A stretch of DNA of 64,000 nt from Squalus acanthias (taxonomy: Eukaryota). Every line of letters begins with the position of its first letter. Within the stretch, counting starts at the first letter, position 1. Below are positions 61,196 through 64,000 of the stretch, piece after piece. Made by a program: the position numbers and the translations under genes. The notes below the pieces were generated by a model. The model was given only the letters and a program-made list of their open reading frames with translations, searched no databases and was not told the DNA's origin. The stretch lies in assembly GCA_030390025.1 (NCBI GenBank), contig CM059432.1, positions 27,282,001 to 27,346,000 on the forward strand, written 5' to 3'.

Positions 61196-61819
61196 AACTA
61201 GATAAAGAGCTAACTAAGCACAAACACAGAAATTGGAATTCATTTGAAGGCAGGAGGGGATTTCATTTCATATTGTGGCGGTGCTGCTGAACTTCCTAAT
61301 TTGCAGGCCTCATGCAGCCAGCTGCAAGTTAAATGTAAAACCTCCAAGACCTCATAAGACCAGCAACCCAGAAGATCTCCTAAAAATGGGTTCGAGAATT
61401 CTAGTGGTTTGGCATTTCCCTTGCTGGAGACCCGTACTTCGGGATCCAGTGGCACTAGTGTGGGTCTTGCATAATATAACAGTACGTTTTGGTTTGGAGG
61501 AAGATGCGGGGTTTTCAGTAATGCTTTGGCGGATACAAAGCCAGGACTTGCATTTATATAGCGTCTTTCATCACCTCAGGAAGTCCCAAAGCGCTTAACA
61601 GCCAATGAAGTACTTTTGATACGGAGGAGCCTTTATCAATAAGCAGGCTCACTGCTGTGTATAGTACCTGAGGGATCTCAGAATAGATGGAAAAGATGCA
61701 CACTGGTCATATCTCATTGTTATTATTGTTGTAGAACCTTGCTGTGTGCTAAATGATTGCCATAATTACCTACACAACAGTGCCTACACTTCAAAAGTAA
61801 TTCACTGGCTACATCATCA

Positions 61820-62154
61820 CCTTTAGGAGGGAAAGGTGGGAAAAGAGGGAAAAATACTGAAAAGTCCTCAAGATTTCTCTAGCAACAACTAAGGAATGTG
61901 CAAGCATTCTTGGTGGGTGTATGGTTCCCACCTAGCCGGTTTTGCACTGGGCAGTTTGGTTGTAGGAGAGATTTTTCCAGGAATTTCTAAAATGGACACC
62001 AGATATCGAAGCCCCGATTTTAGCGCGGCACATGAATCGGCAAGCCCTCATGACATCGTCGGCGGGAGATCCGGGCATCATTTTAATATCAGAAACTGGT
62101 GGCAGGGACAGCCCAGGAGAGAGGTCGTCAGAGAGCAAGGTTCAGCTGATGAGG
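61820..62154 (+). repeat. Unclassified ~335-bp repeat followed by (GAAA)n
   Basis: Second copy of 48055-48395. Confidence 0.8.
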
Positions 62155-62164
62155 TCAGAGATGA

Positions 62165-62197
<33 letters not shown>

Positions 62198-62227
62198 GGC
62201 AGAATGATGACAGAAAGAAAGAACAAA

Positions 62228-62771
62228 CCAATGAAGTACTTTTGAAGTAGAAGCAGAAAATGTTGGAAATACTCAGCAGGTCAGGCAGCATCCGTGGAGA
62301 GAGAACCAAAGTTAATGTTAACTCTGTTTTTCTCTCTCCACAGATGCTGCCTAACCTGCTGAGTACTTGCCAGCATTTTCTGTTTTTATTTCAGATTTCC
62401 AGCATCCGCAGTATTTTGCTTAGGTACTATTGAAGTGTAGTCACTGTTGTAATGTAGGAAACAGGGCAGTCAATTTATATACGACCACATAATTTTTTTT
62501 GTGATGTTGCTTGAGCGACAAATATTGGCCAGGACACCAGGGAGAATTCCCCTGCTCCTTCTTCGAATAGTGCCATGGTATCCTTTACGTCCACCTGAGA
62601 GGGCAGATGGGGCCTCAGTTTAACGTCTCATCCGAAAGGCAGCGTCTCAGACAGAGTAGCACTCCCTCAGTGCTATGCTGAAGTGCCAGCCTAGATTATG
62701 AGCTCAAGTCCCTGGAGTGGGACTTGAACCTTCTGACTCAAAGGCGAGAGTACTACCACTGAGCCAGGGCT
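62228..62771 (-). mobile_element. SacSINE1-like SINE containing a Penelope mini fold-back
   Basis: rc of 46727-47120. Confidence 0.8.
62249..62423. mobile_element. Penelope family 2 mini fold-back
   Basis: Inverted arm, forward arm and tail; TSD GTACT(T/A)TTGAAGT (62236-62248, 62424-62436). Confidence 0.87.
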
Positions 62772-62832
62772 AACAGAGGTGCTTTTATATTGAAGGAGTG
62801 CAGCCTAAACATCCTATTGGATTCTCCAGATA

Positions 62833-63185
62833 ACTGGCTCACTGGTAGCACACTTGGCTCTGAGTCAGAAGGGTTGTGGGTTCAAGTCTCGCTCCAGAGA
62901 CTTGAGCACAAAAATTCTAGGCTGACACACCAGTGCAGTACTGAGGGAGTGTTGCATTGTCGGAGGTGCCGTCGTTTTGATGAGATGTGAAACTGAAGCC
63001 CTGATGGACGTAAATGATCCCATAACACTATTTTGAAGAAGAGCAGGGGAATTCTCCTCAGTAACCAAATCACTTGAACAGATTATTTGGTCATTATCAT
63101 ATTGCTGTACGTTGGAGCTTGCTGTGTGCAATATGACTGCTGCGTTTCTAAAGTACAACAGTGACTACACTTGGTTGTAAAGTCC
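62833..63185 (+). mobile_element. SacSINE1-like SINE
   Basis: Matches 46727-47120. Confidence 0.8.
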
Positions 63186-64000
63186 TTCCTTCCTCCCCCC
63201 CTCCCCCCTCCCTATCGTCTTGATCTTCTTTCTGTTGCAATCTTTTTACATCACCAATTCTCAAATATTATTAACAGATGTGAGGATCTCTGATGAGAGT
63301 GGGAGCGGATTGCTGGCAGTCTGTGCACTGGTTAGATCTTGACAGTATTTTAAATGCAAGTTCTTTTTTCCATTAATACTTTCCCTATAACTTCTGTGAA
63401 GGTCACCATTTATTTAAAGCTGAATTTATTACGTGTGACCACAGCGTAGAGCTTTTAATAGTGGGAATACTTAAGTGAGTGTGACCACACACACAGAGAT
63501 CCCTTATTCTGTATTCTTTGGCCTTTTGTTTAATGACTTTCTTAAAGGGTCATTGCTGTAGAAGGGAGGGTTTCTTCCAAGTTAAAACACCTCCAATGTT
63601 TCACCTATTCCAGTAGAGTTGTTTAAAGAAAGTTGTCTTCCCTTGTTTATCCTTGAGAGCCTTGGGTCCCAGGAAAAATCTTCCTTTCTCTCATTCGCAT
63701 TCCCCACTCCGTTATTTCTTTTTTCTGTTTCCCCTCTCACTTCTTTTTGCTTTCCTTTTTCCTCTGCACCTTTCTTACTCTTCTGGTTCTATATCACACT
63801 ACTTTTTTTTGCACCATGAGCGGGCAACAAGAGGCTACAGCATCAGGGAGAAGCAGTAGCATTGGAAATCAAGCAGAAAGGCAGAGTCATTGGTTTGGAG
63901 CAGCAGATCATTGGGACTAGGGTGAGTGGGAGAGCCACTGAATCAAGCATCGGGACCCAGTCAGATGGAGCGAAGCAATGGTGGGGGACGAGTAGACCAT

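Noticed and set aside
62146..62166. Hammerhead-like CTGATGA...GAAA
   Set aside because: GAAA belongs to a microsatellite; no cleavage triplet or stem I
63400..64000. Host exon or enhancer (two GTGTGACCACA motifs, pyrimidine tract, ATG at ~63817, GTGAGT at ~63922)
   Set aside because: ORF stops after 34 codons; short motifs alone are insufficient and the window ends

Overview
Eukaryotic, almost entirely repeat-derived DNA; the mix of CR1 LINEs, SacSINE1/DeuSINE-like SINEs, Penelope and Harbinger families points to a cartilaginous fish (inference). No host protein-coding gene could be supported. Contents: two near-complete ~4.2-kb PIF/Harbinger transposons (1102-5367, 37384-41588) with a DDE transposase facing a three-exon Myb/SANT gene; a third, internally deleted Harbinger; several 3-bp-TSD MITEs; one full-length and many nested CR1 LINEs; L2 and RTE fragments; two interrupted solo LTRs; and a G-rich 21-bp minisatellite. 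The strongest signals involve Penelope-like (GIY-YIG) retroelements. (i) At least five independent insertions from two dissimilar families share one fold-back design: 3' ends face outward, the inverted arm stops about 36-39 nt short of the 3' end, and there is a 12-14-bp TSD; family-1 copies carry a minimal hammerhead ribozyme on each arm. (ii) A ~4.8-kb composite sits inside a solo LTR and consists of an inverted 2.66-kb copy of adjacent genomic DNA, a restarted 288-bp second copy, and a truncated Penelope, suggesting templated local duplication linked to Penelope insertion. Coordinates were counted by eye; boundaries of decayed repeats are approximate.
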